The notes under the pieces: generated by a model
Databases searched by the model: none
The model's input: the letters and a program-made list of their open reading frames with translations, nothing else
Told to the model about the DNA's origin: nothing
Shown: piece by piece, positions 17,379 through 26,408 of the stretch
Position numbering within the stretch: the first letter of the stretch is position 1
Layout of the letters: every line of letters begins with the position of its first letter
Virus record (IMG/VR): IMGVR_UViG_2671181114_000018
Direction: 5' to 3' (one strand)
Length of the DNA: 29,945 nucleotides
Source of the DNA: a virus
Lineage: Duplodnaviria; Heunggongvirae; Uroviricota; Caudoviricetes
Translations under genes and position numbers: made by a program

Positions 17379-18398
17379 TTATGCGCCCGCTGATACCGCG
17401 CCGATTGTCACCGCGCTTTCATCAAATGCGGCATACAGTTCCGGATATTCCACGGCATAACCTTCATTACGCAGATATTTGTTTTCATACTGCTTACGGT
17501 CTTCCACAAACTCCGCTTTACGCTGACGCGTGCCGCGCTGGGTGTAGATGTGCAGGTTAGGCAGTGTGGTAACAATCATGCGCTTGCCAGGCATAAACGG
17601 CGGAACATAAGCCGTACGGCCGGCGATACTGTCAGACAGCAGCTGTGCGGCAATCTTTTCAGTGGGTTTATCGGCTTTCTGGTACAAACGGAACGACTCC
17701 GCCGCCACCAGGTCAGCCCCCACCAGAACCACCAGACGCGGGTCATTACGGAACTGTGCCGGAATTTTGGCGTTGATAAGGTCGGATGCCATCGCATCGA
17801 GTGACACATAATCGCCTTTACCGTCACCATCGAGCACAACCGCATCGGTGACGATCTGCTTACCGCCATCCCACTCTTTAACAATCTGGTGCCAGCCTTT
17901 ATTCACATCTTCGCCGTTCGGGTTCTTCTCGGCATCCGTGGTCTCTGCAACAGATTTCCCGTTGAAGCCGATACGCAGCATATCCAGTGCAAACGCCTGA
18001 TTGGTGAAATCCTGGACGCGCTGGAAAAACTCGTTTTCATCGCCGGCGTTTGCCCATACAGAAAGCAACTGCCAGGTCAGTGCAGCACATGAATCCGTCT
18101 CAACCAGCTTGTAATCATTGCCGCTGACACCTACTTTCTTACGGAAACGGCCATCCAGCACACGCCCGGTATACAGGCCAGAACTGCCAACCGGTACCAC
18201 CTGTCCCTGTAACTGGTCAACATCAGCGACCGTCAACAGATTCAGGAAAGAAGATTCTTCCAGCAGTGCATTACGCATCTGGGTTTCTTTCGGATCGGAC
18301 AGCGCAAACCAGCGGTCGCCATCGGTCGCACCGTAGGATTCACGCAGCCCGTTGTGGTACTGACGCAGAAACTCACGGGCTTTCGCATTTAATTGCAT
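17379..18398 (-). CDS. Major capsid protein (P2 N-like)
   Basis: 339 aa between scaffold and small terminase; size and position as P2 gpN. Confidence 0.8.
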   Translation of the reverse strand: MQLNAKAREFLRQYHNGLRESYGATDGDRWFALSDPKETQMRNALLEESSFLNLLTVADVDQLQGQVVPVGSSGLYTGRVLDGRFRKKVGVSGNDYKLVETDSCAALTWQLLSVWANAGDENEFFQRVQDFTNQAFALDMLRIGFNGKSVAETTDAEKNPNGEDVNKGWHQIVKEWDGGKQIVTDAVVLDGDGKGDYVSLDAMASDLINAKIPAQFRNDPRLVVLVGADLVAAESFRLYQKADKPTEKIAAQLLSDSIAGRTAYVPPFMPGKRMIVTTLPNLHIYTQRGTRQRKAEFVEDRKQYENKYLRNEGYAVEYPELYAAFDESAVTIGAVSAGA

Positions 18399-18432
18399 AT
18401 TCTTTTTCCTTAAAGAAAAGTCGTGTTATCCC

Positions 18433-19272
18433 TTACAGGAAATTGAAGCCTTTCTTGCCCTTGCTGAATTTCTTGTCCGGCAACTGGGTAACTTTGTTAT
18501 TCAGCTTGGTGAAGTTCTTCACCAGCTCCGGCAGATTACCCACCAGACGCGCAAAATCTTCGGTATCCACCACTTCCTTAACGGTGTCCACATCTTCCTG
18601 CACATCAGATACTGCTTCTTCCGCTTCACCCAAACGGGTTTCAATGGCAGATACACGCTTATCAATCGCATCCAGCGCTTCAGCGAGCGCCTGTAAAGCA
18701 TCAGGCTGTGATGCTTCCTGCTCCGTTGTCTCTTCTGGTTCTTCAATACTGAAAAAATGGCGCCAGCCCTTTTTCGCGGTCTTTGACATTCCCTTTTCCT
18801 TTTTAAATTCCCTGACTTCATCAAACGCCAGCGGCTTATACGGGCCGACGCGTTTTCCTTTGGTGCGGCTGAAACGTAGCCGAGTGGTACCTACCCCAGC
18901 CGGACTGTCAGTAACAGCCAACCCCTCAAGATAGGTTTTGCCTGTACTTCTGAAATTACCGTCCGGGGTAAACTCCGGTGATAAAAATAAAAGCTGACCT
19001 TTTGCATTTGCCTGAAGCAATGAAATAGCCGGGCAAAGACGGGCATATAAACGCAAGATCCCTTCATCATCACGTTCAGCTTTTAATTCCAGTACCTCAC
19101 CCATATTTCCGTAATTACGGGTATGTTCCGGCCATAACAAGGCAGGATAAAGTGAGTAGTCATATAACTCGGCAGCATCCAGTAACCATTGTTCCTCAAT
19201 GGTTCGCTTATCAACCGTTTCACCCGCAGTGGCGATACAAATCCAGTTTGTTGCCAGCTGTGAACCTGACAT
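18433..19272 (-). CDS. Capsid scaffolding protein (P2 O-like)
   Basis: Track ORF 18433-19332; probable start at internal Met 'MSGSQLATNW' (19272). Acidic coiled-coil C-terminal half typical of gpO scaffold; first gene transcribed divergently from P-Q. Confidence 0.7.
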   Translation of the reverse strand: MSGSQLATNWICIATAGETVDKRTIEEQWLLDAAELYDYSLYPALLWPEHTRNYGNMGEVLELKAERDDEGILRLYARLCPAISLLQANAKGQLLFLSPEFTPDGNFRSTGKTYLEGLAVTDSPAGVGTTRLRFSRTKGKRVGPYKPLAFDEVREFKKEKGMSKTAKKGWRHFFSIEEPEETTEQEASQPDALQALAEALDAIDKRVSAIETRLGEAEEAVSDVQEDVDTVKEVVDTEDFARLVGNLPELVKNFTKLNNKVTQLPDKKFSKGKKGFNFL

Positions 19273-19415
19273 ATTGCCTCCCTTCCTGCTGCGGTTTTCA
19301 GTATCGCCAATTAAATTAACCGCCGCATTCACTTCATTTCGGATATAAACAATTAGCCGAACACATCAGAAATAAAGCAGGATTTAATAAAGAAGCGCCC
19401 GTGCATAATGTGTGC

Positions 19416-21200
19416 ATGGCTAAATACTCAGAAGAATTAAAAGGCGTTGCGCGGGCGCTTTATTTAAAACGTTATACCCCGCAGGAAATTGCCAGTGAAC
19501 TTAATCTGCCTAACAGACGCATTGTCTATTACTGGGCAGCGAAATATTGCTGGGCGGAATTACTCAGCCACGAATCAACCGAGGACGCATTAAACCGCCG
19601 CATTCAGTCTCTGACATTACGTGAAGGGAAATCCGAGCTGGAGCTGCGGGAGCTGGACAGCCTCGTTTCTCACCTGGTGAAACTGCGAGCACAGCATAAT
19701 AAGCATCAGGAAAAACTGGCAGAAATTAAGCACAGCGAAAGTGATGCGCCGACGTCCCGTCAGTCCGGTGGAGACGAAAAGCCCCGTAAACGTGGCAAGT
19801 ACAAAAAAAATGATATCAGCGGGCTGACGCAGGAAGATTTCGACCGGTTCGCGCTCGAGCACCTTTTCGGCTACCAGAAACACCTTCGCGCCAATCTCAA
19901 TCAGCAAATCAGGAACATCCTGAAAAGTCGCCAGATTGGCGCAACCTGGTATTTCTCAATAGAAGCCTTTGAAAATGCGGTTATGACAGGCGATCCGCAA
20001 ATCTTCCTGTCCGCGTCAAAGGCTCAGGCTGAAGTGTTCCGCAGCTATATCGTCAACATTGCGGAGCAGTATTTCGGCGTGGAGCTGACAGGCAACCCCA
20101 TCCGCCTGTCCAACGGTGCGGAGTTGCGCTTCCTGTCCACCAATAAGAACACCGCCCAGTCATACAGTGGTCATCTGTATTGTGATGAATATTTCTGGGT
20201 ACCCAACTTTGCAAAATTAAACGAAGTGGCCAGCGCAATGGCCACACACGACAAATGGCGCACCACCTACTTTTCCACTCCCAGCAGCAAAACACACCAG
20301 GCTTACCCGTTCTGGACAGGTGAAGAATGGAAGCGCGGCAACAAAAAACGCGCACGCGTGGCGTTTCCAACAGAGAAGGAGCTGCGTGACGGTGGACGGT
20401 TATGTCCTGATGGCCAGTGGCGCTACATCATCACACTGGAAGACGCGATTGCGGGCGGGTTCAATCTGGCCAGCATCGAAAAACTACGTAATCGCTACAA
20501 CCGCGACACTTTCAACATGCTGTACATGTGCGTTTTCGTGGACAGCAAAGACAGCGTTTTTTCGTTCTCCCATGTGGAACGCTGCTGTATTGATCCGGAT
20601 ATCTGGGAGGATCATGACGAAGACCTGCCCCGGCCATTCGGCAATCGTGAAGTATGGGCAGGCTATGACCCGGCTCGCAGCGGCGACACCTCAACCTTTG
20701 TCATTGTCGCCCCGCCGATAGTGGCCGTCGAAAAATTTCGCGTACTACGCGTATTCCACTGGCAGGGAATGAACTGGAAATGGCAGGCGGCACAAATCAA
20801 AAAACTGTTTGGCCAGTACAACATGACTTACATCGGGATTGATATCACCGGGCTGGGGAGTGGTGTCTTTGAAGATGTGCAGCACTTTGCCATGCGTCAG
20901 GCGGTGGCTATCCGCTATGGCGTGGAAACCAAAAACCGCCTGGTGATGAAGATGATCGACGTTATCGAAGACAACCGCGTGGAGTGGGACAAGGAGAAAA
21001 CTGAAATCGCCGCCAGCTTTATGACCATCCGCAGAACGTCCACGGCCAGCGGTAACGCCATGACGTTTGTTGCCGACCGTACAGCTGAAACCGGCCACGC
21101 TGACAGTTTCTGGGCTATCGCCCATGCCATAGACAACGAACCATTACACTTTGAAAACCAGCGCAAATCACGCTGGGGTAACTTAGGGAAAGCAGCATGA
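19416..21200 (+). CDS. Terminase ATPase (large) subunit (P2 P-like)
   Basis: Track ORF 19401-21200 (599 aa); probable start 'MAKYSEELKG' at 19416. Size and position (P then Q, divergent from O-N-M-L) as P2 gpP. Confidence 0.85.
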   Translation: MAKYSEELKGVARALYLKRYTPQEIASELNLPNRRIVYYWAAKYCWAELLSHESTEDALNRRIQSLTLREGKSELELRELDSLVSHLVKLRAQHNKHQEKLAEIKHSESDAPTSRQSGGDEKPRKRGKYKKNDISGLTQEDFDRFALEHLFGYQKHLRANLNQQIRNILKSRQIGATWYFSIEAFENAVMTGDPQIFLSASKAQAEVFRSYIVNIAEQYFGVELTGNPIRLSNGAELRFLSTNKNTAQSYSGHLYCDEYFWVPNFAKLNEVASAMATHDKWRTTYFSTPSSKTHQAYPFWTGEEWKRGNKKRARVAFPTEKELRDGGRLCPDGQWRYIITLEDAIAGGFNLASIEKLRNRYNRDTFNMLYMCVFVDSKDSVFSFSHVERCCIDPDIWEDHDEDLPRPFGNREVWAGYDPARSGDTSTFVIVAPPIVAVEKFRVLRVFHWQGMNWKWQAAQIKKLFGQYNMTYIGIDITGLGSGVFEDVQHFAMRQAVAIRYGVETKNRLVMKMIDVIEDNRVEWDKEKTEIAASFMTIRRTSTASGNAMTFVADRTAETGHADSFWAIAHAIDNEPLHFENQRKSRWGNLGKAA

Positions 21201-22216
21201 AAAAACGGAAATACAGGGAACGCCGCACCGTTACCAAACAACGCCATATGAGCCTTATCACGCTGGGCAAGCCAGAACCCATTCTGACGACCGGCACGAA
21301 CTATACAGACGTCTGGTATGACAATGAGGCGGAACACTGGACGCTCCCGATTGACAGGCTGGCACTGGCACAACTGGTGAACCTGAACGCGCAGCACGGC
21401 GGCGTGCTGTATGCCCGTCGCAATATGGTGACAGCAAATTATGATGGCGGCGGCCTGACACATGAGCAACTGGGCGCGGCCGTATTTGACTGGCTGACGT
21501 TCGGTGATGTGGCCATTCTCAAAGTACGTAACGGCTGGGGGGATGTGGTTGCACTGTACCCGCTGCCGGCGCTCTATACCCGCCAGCGTAAGACCGGGGA
21601 ATTTGTTGTACTTCAGCAGGGTGAACCGGTGATTTATCCGCCTGAAGATATTATTTTTCTCAGGCAGTACGACCCGCAACAGGCTATTTATGGTCTTCCG
21701 GATTACATCAGCGGCATCCACTCCGCCCTGCTCAACGGTGAAGCCACGATTTTTCGCCGGCGTTACTATCACAACGGTGCTCACACGGGCGGTGTGCTCT
21801 ATTCCAATGACCCGAATATGACCGATGAAGTGGAAGAAGAAATTATTCAGAAGCTGGAGCAGTCAAAGGGGATCGGGAATTTCAGCACCATGTTTGTGAA
21901 TATCCCCAAAGGTGATCCGGATGCCATCAAATTTATCCCGATTGGTGATATCAGCGCCAAAGATGAGTTTCAGAACGTGAAAAGCATCAGCGCTCAGGAT
22001 GTACTGACCGCGCACCGTTTCCCGGCCGGTCTGGCCGGAATTATCCCCACGAACGGGGCAGTAATGGGGGATATTGAGAAAGCGGCCAAAACATACCGCA
22101 AAGCGGAGATTTTACCTATTCAGCGCATGTTCACCGCCGCAGTGGAGCAAGAAAGTGATGTACCACCCCACCTGTACCTTAATTTCCTGAAAGACAGTGA
22201 GCTGGAAGGTGATTAA
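21197..22216 (+). CDS. Portal (capsid vertex) protein (P2 Q-like)
   Basis: 339 aa immediately downstream of and overlapping the large terminase gene; size as P2 gpQ. Confidence 0.85.
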   Translation: MKKRKYRERRTVTKQRHMSLITLGKPEPILTTGTNYTDVWYDNEAEHWTLPIDRLALAQLVNLNAQHGGVLYARRNMVTANYDGGGLTHEQLGAAVFDWLTFGDVAILKVRNGWGDVVALYPLPALYTRQRKTGEFVVLQQGEPVIYPPEDIIFLRQYDPQQAIYGLPDYISGIHSALLNGEATIFRRRYYHNGAHTGGVLYSNDPNMTDEVEEEIIQKLEQSKGIGNFSTMFVNIPKGDPDAIKFIPIGDISAKDEFQNVKSISAQDVLTAHRFPAGLAGIIPTNGAVMGDIEKAAKTYRKAEILPIQRMFTAAVEQESDVPPHLYLNFLKDSELEGD

Positions 22217-22269
22217 TGTCCGCAAAAAGGCTAAAATATCATCGTTTTCCAACTTCCGGAGCGATGGAT

Positions 22270-22545
22270 ATGCGGGTAATGAAGGTTTACTGTCCGGTAT
22301 GTGAGGCAAGGGCTGTTATCAAAAAAACAGCCAGAAAACACAAGGAGCTGTCTGATTTATATTGCGCCTGTACTGATGTTGAATGCGGTCACACTTTTGT
22401 GATGAATATGACGTTCTCACATACCATCAGCCCCAGCGCCAAATCCAGCGATGCGTTGATCGCCACTATCTGTAACAGCCTTGATATGCAGCAAAAACAG
22501 CTGATGCTCAAATTTTTAAGTCAGGATGCTACCGCAGCAGCATAG
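22270..22545 (+). CDS. ogr: Ogr/Delta-family zinc-finger late transcription activator
   Basis: Track ORF starts at 22216 overlapping the Q stop; likely start at Met 'MRVMKVYCPVC' (22270, GGAG about 9 nt upstream) or 'MKVYCPVC' (22279). Cys pattern CPVC...YCACTDVECGHTF parallels P2 Ogr CPLC...HQCQNVNCSATF as I recall it. Confidence 0.7.
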   Translation: MRVMKVYCPVCEARAVIKKTARKHKELSDLYCACTDVECGHTFVMNMTFSHTISPSAKSSDALIATICNSLDMQQKQLMLKFLSQDATAAA

Positions 22546-22574
22546 AAAAAGGCACCGTTACAGGTGCCTTTTTT
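22546..22574. terminator. Bidirectional rho-independent terminator between ogr-like gene and the convergent cargo gene
   Basis: aaaaa-ggcacc-gttaca-ggtgcc-tttttt: 6-bp GC stem flanked by an A-run and a T-run, immediately after the ogr stop and 17 nt from the stop of the minus-strand cargo gene. Confidence 0.6.
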
Positions 22575-22590
22575 CATAGACACTGAGCAA

Positions 22591-23598
22591 TTATTTGCTT
22601 TTATTTCCATCATTATTAGGATGATTTACAGGAGTAAGGCCTGAGGCTACATCATTAGCAGTTTGAAGACTGGTAGGAATCAGACCGGGCCAATTTGCCC
22701 CATTTAGTCCCCAATTGAGTTTAGCTAAATTCTCACCAGGCCAGGTTGATTTCGCAGAATTTAAATCAAGTCCCTGAAGCCCCTGAAGCCCCTGAACCCC
22801 CTGAAACCCCAGAGAACCTAAAGTCGGCCTGGCAAAAGGCAGTGTATTCTTAGATATTTCCTGATTAATATCGTCTAATTTATTTTGATTCGCTATAATT
22901 TTGGCATTCAAATCCATCAATTCTTTTTCTTTTAATTCCAATTCCGTCCTCACCTTCGAAATTGAGTCCATAGCATTATAATAAGAATTGGTAACTGACT
23001 GAACCTCTTTTCCCTTTTCCTTTATTAACTCATTAATATCCCTGAGCTTTACCTGAGCGTTATTATATTTATCTTCAAGCGCGTTTGTATCATATTCGAT
23101 AGCTTTATTTGCCTTTTCAGCATTTAACCTCGCTTTTGCGTCTGCATATTCATACTCGACATTTTTATTTATTTCGTCTATTTTTAAATCAAGAGCACTC
23201 TGTTTTCTCTTACTATCATTTGTACTCTTTTTCGTAAGCACTCCATTTTGTATTACATCAACAACATATGAGATAAAAGGAGTGCCAACTACAAATATAA
23301 TTGAGGCAACAAATGGATACCAAAACGTATGAGTATGAGGGATGCTAATTCCAAAAAAGACACTATTTGATGGTAACGCCTTTATTTTTTCAATACGTTG
23401 TTCTATGTCCAGACTGAACGAGAATAAGAGTAATAGAGTGCGGTCCCAGTTACAGAGAATCCAAGAGGATATGAAGCATAGAAAAAATGGATTTGATAAC
23501 CGTTGATTAACAGCTTTCACTACCGGTTCAGTTGTAACTGATTTTACCGCATCCAAAGCTTTATCTATTGTTTCGCTCATTTTAGGAGTATCAACCAT
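22591..23598 (-). CDS. Accessory membrane-anchored coiled-coil protein with C-terminal collagen-like G-x-Q repeats (candidate superinfection-exclusion/defence cargo)
   Basis: 335-aa ORF (start may be the internal Met 'MSETIDK'). Hydrophobic N-terminal segments ('FFLCFISSWILC', 'VASIIFVVGTPFISYVV'), long K/E-rich heptad region, C-terminal 'GFQGVQGLQGLQGL'. Visibly AT-rich; sits between the replication gene and ogr/portal, the position of tin/old in P2. Confidence 0.5.
   Translation of the reverse strand: MVDTPKMSETIDKALDAVKSVTTEPVVKAVNQRLSNPFFLCFISSWILCNWDRTLLLLFSFSLDIEQRIEKIKALPSNSVFFGISIPHTHTFWYPFVASIIFVVGTPFISYVVDVIQNGVLTKKSTNDSKRKQSALDLKIDEINKNVEYEYADAKARLNAEKANKAIEYDTNALEDKYNNAQVKLRDINELIKEKGKEVQSVTNSYYNAMDSISKVRTELELKEKELMDLNAKIIANQNKLDDINQEISKNTLPFARPTLGSLGFQGVQGLQGLQGLDLNSAKSTWPGENLAKLNWGLNGANWPGLIPTSLQTANDVASGLTPVNHPNNDGNKSK
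22772..22807. repeat. In-frame tandem repeat, 4 units of 9 bp (ccctgaagc x2, ccctgaacc, ccctgaaac) inside the cargo gene
   Basis: Read directly from the plus strand; on the minus strand the units encode the G-L/F/V-Q triplets of the collagen-like tail. Confidence 0.9.
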
Positions 23599-23714
23599 TA
23601 TTTTTAAACAAAGTTATTGATAAATGAATAATATCATACTACTAGAAAACTGTAACATCACGACTTCCTTCATGATGTCACAGTTTTTAGCTATAACTGA
23701 GAGATATAAAGTAG

Positions 23715-26369
23715 TTAATCTCGTTTAAAAATCCAGCATCGGAATGTATCCGGCATCCGTTGCATATCCCCTTTACCACGGTTATGGCGCTCACTAACTG
23801 CGCTGCGCGTGGTGCTTTGTCTGATGAACCGACGTTCATTACCGTTTTTAAGCAGCTTTTTGATTTCCGTTAAAGTGAACGGAATCCGCTGCCGGTGTGC
23901 TGCTGCGACTTCTTCCATATGATTGAAATTAATTGCAATTTCATTTTCATCTGATGAGTGATTGACGCCATAGGGTGCCAGTTCATCCAGGTAATCAAAC
24001 AGTTCCCAAAACTCCTGCACCATCGGGTGATCCTTTTTAAGCGCCTGACAACGTTCAATAGCCAGCGCGGTGATGGCTTCGCGAGTTTTTTCTATGCGTT
24101 CAACCGGTACCGGCACAACAAGCGCAAGCGCCTCCAGCAAACCCACAAGCTGCGCGTGATTCTTTGCAATACGGATATGGCGAATACTACTGTTAGATTC
24201 CAGCGCATTCCTGGCGCGTTCGTATCCCTTACCGAACGTCTGCATGATTTCTTTCTCACGCATGGTGGCCAGTAGTGTGAATCCCGATACCTGGCTAACA
24301 GGGAGTTGTTCCAGCCGCTCCGCAGCGTGGCGCGTCTGAATAGACTGCCCGCGCTTGTCGGTATAGATATGGATAATACGCTCCAGAAACGCCTTGCTGC
24401 CGTCTGTATCAGCGTTCTGCGCAATCACAATACTGCCCCTGAATGGCGGTTCGTATGTTTCGTTATTGTTGGACTTTATCCCCACAGCACGGGAAGCGCG
24501 GCCGTTATACAATGATTTCAGTTCATCCCAGTCAAAAGCACGTTGCTTGGCGTTATCCGTTGTGCGGTCGCCTTCGATTAACACAACCGGCAGGTTGCCG
24601 ACCTGGGCAAAGTTGCGCCCACGCGCTGCGGCCGTGGACTTAGAAGGATCAAAACCTTCATATTCTTCACGGCCGGCGAGCTTCCACAGAAATTCAATCA
24701 GTGTAGATTTACCTGTCCCCGGTTCACCCACGATTTCCAGAAACGGGAATGACTTATCGCGCTCCCGGATTTGTTCGGCAAAAAGCGACCCCAGCCAGAA
24801 TGCTAGCGCCACGTACCCCTTTTCACCAAATGCCGTCCAGATATCGTCAATCCAGCCCGTGGTAAATTCATTCAGCTTTGGATTCAGATCCAGCGATGGT
24901 GTCAGGCTCAGGCTTTTTACACTGGCGTGATTGATTTCAAAATAGTCTTCATCGTTCATCTCATACAGCCGGCCATCGCACACGGCCACACGGTTAAACA
25001 GCCACGCTGAATAATCTTTGTTGTAGCCGATAAAGTTCTGTGTCTTAACCTCTTTTATTTCAGGAAGCCGCATCTGGATGAACTTATCCAGTTGCTTGGT
25101 GCTGCCGGTGTATACCGCCCCTTTGGCGATATGCAGCAAACGTTTCTTAAACTCGGCGGAGCTGGTGAGCTGGTTCGCCGTGAAGGTATCCTTCACCGCT
25201 GGCCGGTTCGGCATGTTGACCTTAACGTAATACCAGGACTCGTCAGTAGGTTCAGAACGCTGGAAATAGAGCGGAGTCAGCCAGCAGTTAGCTATTTCTG
25301 TCACGCCGCCAGATTCTTTCACCGCACGTTCTTTGGCTTCCCAGTCCTGGATAACTTCGGTACCGGTATTACTTATGCGCTCATAGGCTCGCATGTACCT
25401 GTCCAGATCCAGTTCAAACCAGAACATGCGGGAATTATGTTCAAAATAGAACGAATGCCACTCATTATGCTGATGCATGAGCAGCGCTTTTTCAGTCGGA
25501 CTTTTCGCCAGCAGAATATCGCCATAGTAGCGATAATTTTTGATGTCCGATTTACTGAACCGGCCACGCAACAACAAGTCATTCCAGTCCAGACAGGAGG
25601 ATGATTTCACCGGCTGCGCCGCACGAACTTTCCAGCCGGCATCCTCACTACGTGCAGCAAATGCCAGCGTGTGCTTTGTGCCGGCCTTATCGCCGTCAAA
25701 TGCCCATACAAGGCGTGGGCGCGGTTTTTCGCCCAGTTCTTTGGCCAGCGTATCCAGTGCGGCCAGAGGGTAGTTGTTACTGCTCAGTGTGGCAACTGCG
25801 GGTAAACCCGCCTGGCAAAGACTCAGCGCATTAAATATCCCCTCAGTGATCCAGATTTCATTCACTTCCAGCAGGTTGACAGAAGGTGGTACCCACCAAT
25901 GGCCAACATAACTCCCTTTAATATTGGCTTTTTGCTTACCAAAGCGTTGGGGCTGGTCAATAATGCGCTCCCACGTCGCACCACATGCCAGCTTAAATTT
26001 GACTGTTGCCGATCCCATGCCATCTTTAACAAACGCGCCCTGGGTGAAAATGCCTTTCAGTGGTTCGGTATCCAGCCCTCTGGCCTCACGCAGATACGCC
26101 TCAGCAGCTGCGTGTGGGGTTTCAGGAGTGTCCTGATACCGTTTAGACCAGTCCTCAAAAATATCCGGGTACAGCTCTTTAACAACGACCTGATGGCCGC
26201 AGTTATTTTCGCGACCACACTTCAGAATCCAGGGCTTATCTATGCTGGTGAATAATTCGCGCTTACGACACTTAGGGCATACACCCTGCTGCAAATACTT
26301 ATCCCGCTCTTTAAACTCAAAATCCTGAACAAGACGGCGCACAACGTCCTGTTGTATCGTTGCGTTCAT
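23715..26369 (-). CDS. Replicative primase-helicase, P4 alpha-type (zinc-binding primase + D5-like SF3 helicase)
   Basis: Track ORF 23715-26405 (896 aa); probable start 'MNATIQQ' (26369). N-terminal zinc-ribbon Cys pairs (CPKC...CGRENNCGH), Walker A 'GEPGTGKST' in the helicase part; size and domain order resemble P4 alpha. Confidence 0.8.
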   Translation of the reverse strand: MNATIQQDVVRRLVQDFEFKERDKYLQQGVCPKCRKRELFTSIDKPWILKCGRENNCGHQVVVKELYPDIFEDWSKRYQDTPETPHAAAEAYLREARGLDTEPLKGIFTQGAFVKDGMGSATVKFKLACGATWERIIDQPQRFGKQKANIKGSYVGHWWVPPSVNLLEVNEIWITEGIFNALSLCQAGLPAVATLSSNNYPLAALDTLAKELGEKPRPRLVWAFDGDKAGTKHTLAFAARSEDAGWKVRAAQPVKSSSCLDWNDLLLRGRFSKSDIKNYRYYGDILLAKSPTEKALLMHQHNEWHSFYFEHNSRMFWFELDLDRYMRAYERISNTGTEVIQDWEAKERAVKESGGVTEIANCWLTPLYFQRSEPTDESWYYVKVNMPNRPAVKDTFTANQLTSSAEFKKRLLHIAKGAVYTGSTKQLDKFIQMRLPEIKEVKTQNFIGYNKDYSAWLFNRVAVCDGRLYEMNDEDYFEINHASVKSLSLTPSLDLNPKLNEFTTGWIDDIWTAFGEKGYVALAFWLGSLFAEQIRERDKSFPFLEIVGEPGTGKSTLIEFLWKLAGREEYEGFDPSKSTAAARGRNFAQVGNLPVVLIEGDRTTDNAKQRAFDWDELKSLYNGRASRAVGIKSNNNETYEPPFRGSIVIAQNADTDGSKAFLERIIHIYTDKRGQSIQTRHAAERLEQLPVSQVSGFTLLATMREKEIMQTFGKGYERARNALESNSSIRHIRIAKNHAQLVGLLEALALVVPVPVERIEKTREAITALAIERCQALKKDHPMVQEFWELFDYLDELAPYGVNHSSDENEIAINFNHMEEVAAAHRQRIPFTLTEIKKLLKNGNERRFIRQSTTRSAVSERHNRGKGDMQRMPDTFRCWIFKRD

Positions 26370-26408
26370 ATATAATCCATGTGTGAAATGATGAATAAAA
26401 GGCAAAAA

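Noticed and set aside
19273-19415. P2-type late promoter Ogr site (TGT-N12-ACA) in the divergent O/P intergenic region
   Set aside because: I could not find a TGT-N12-ACA dyad by eye in this interval, so no late promoter is annotated; a pattern search is needed.
22591-23598. P2 Old (ATPase/TOPRIM nuclease) or Tin at the hotspot
   Set aside because: The ORF has no Walker A motif or TOPRIM signature and is a membrane/coiled-coil protein; not Old or Tin.
23870-25834. Multiple 60-178-aa ORFs on both strands within the primase-helicase gene
   Set aside because: All embedded in the 896-aa ORF with recognisable primase and helicase motifs; off-frame artefacts.
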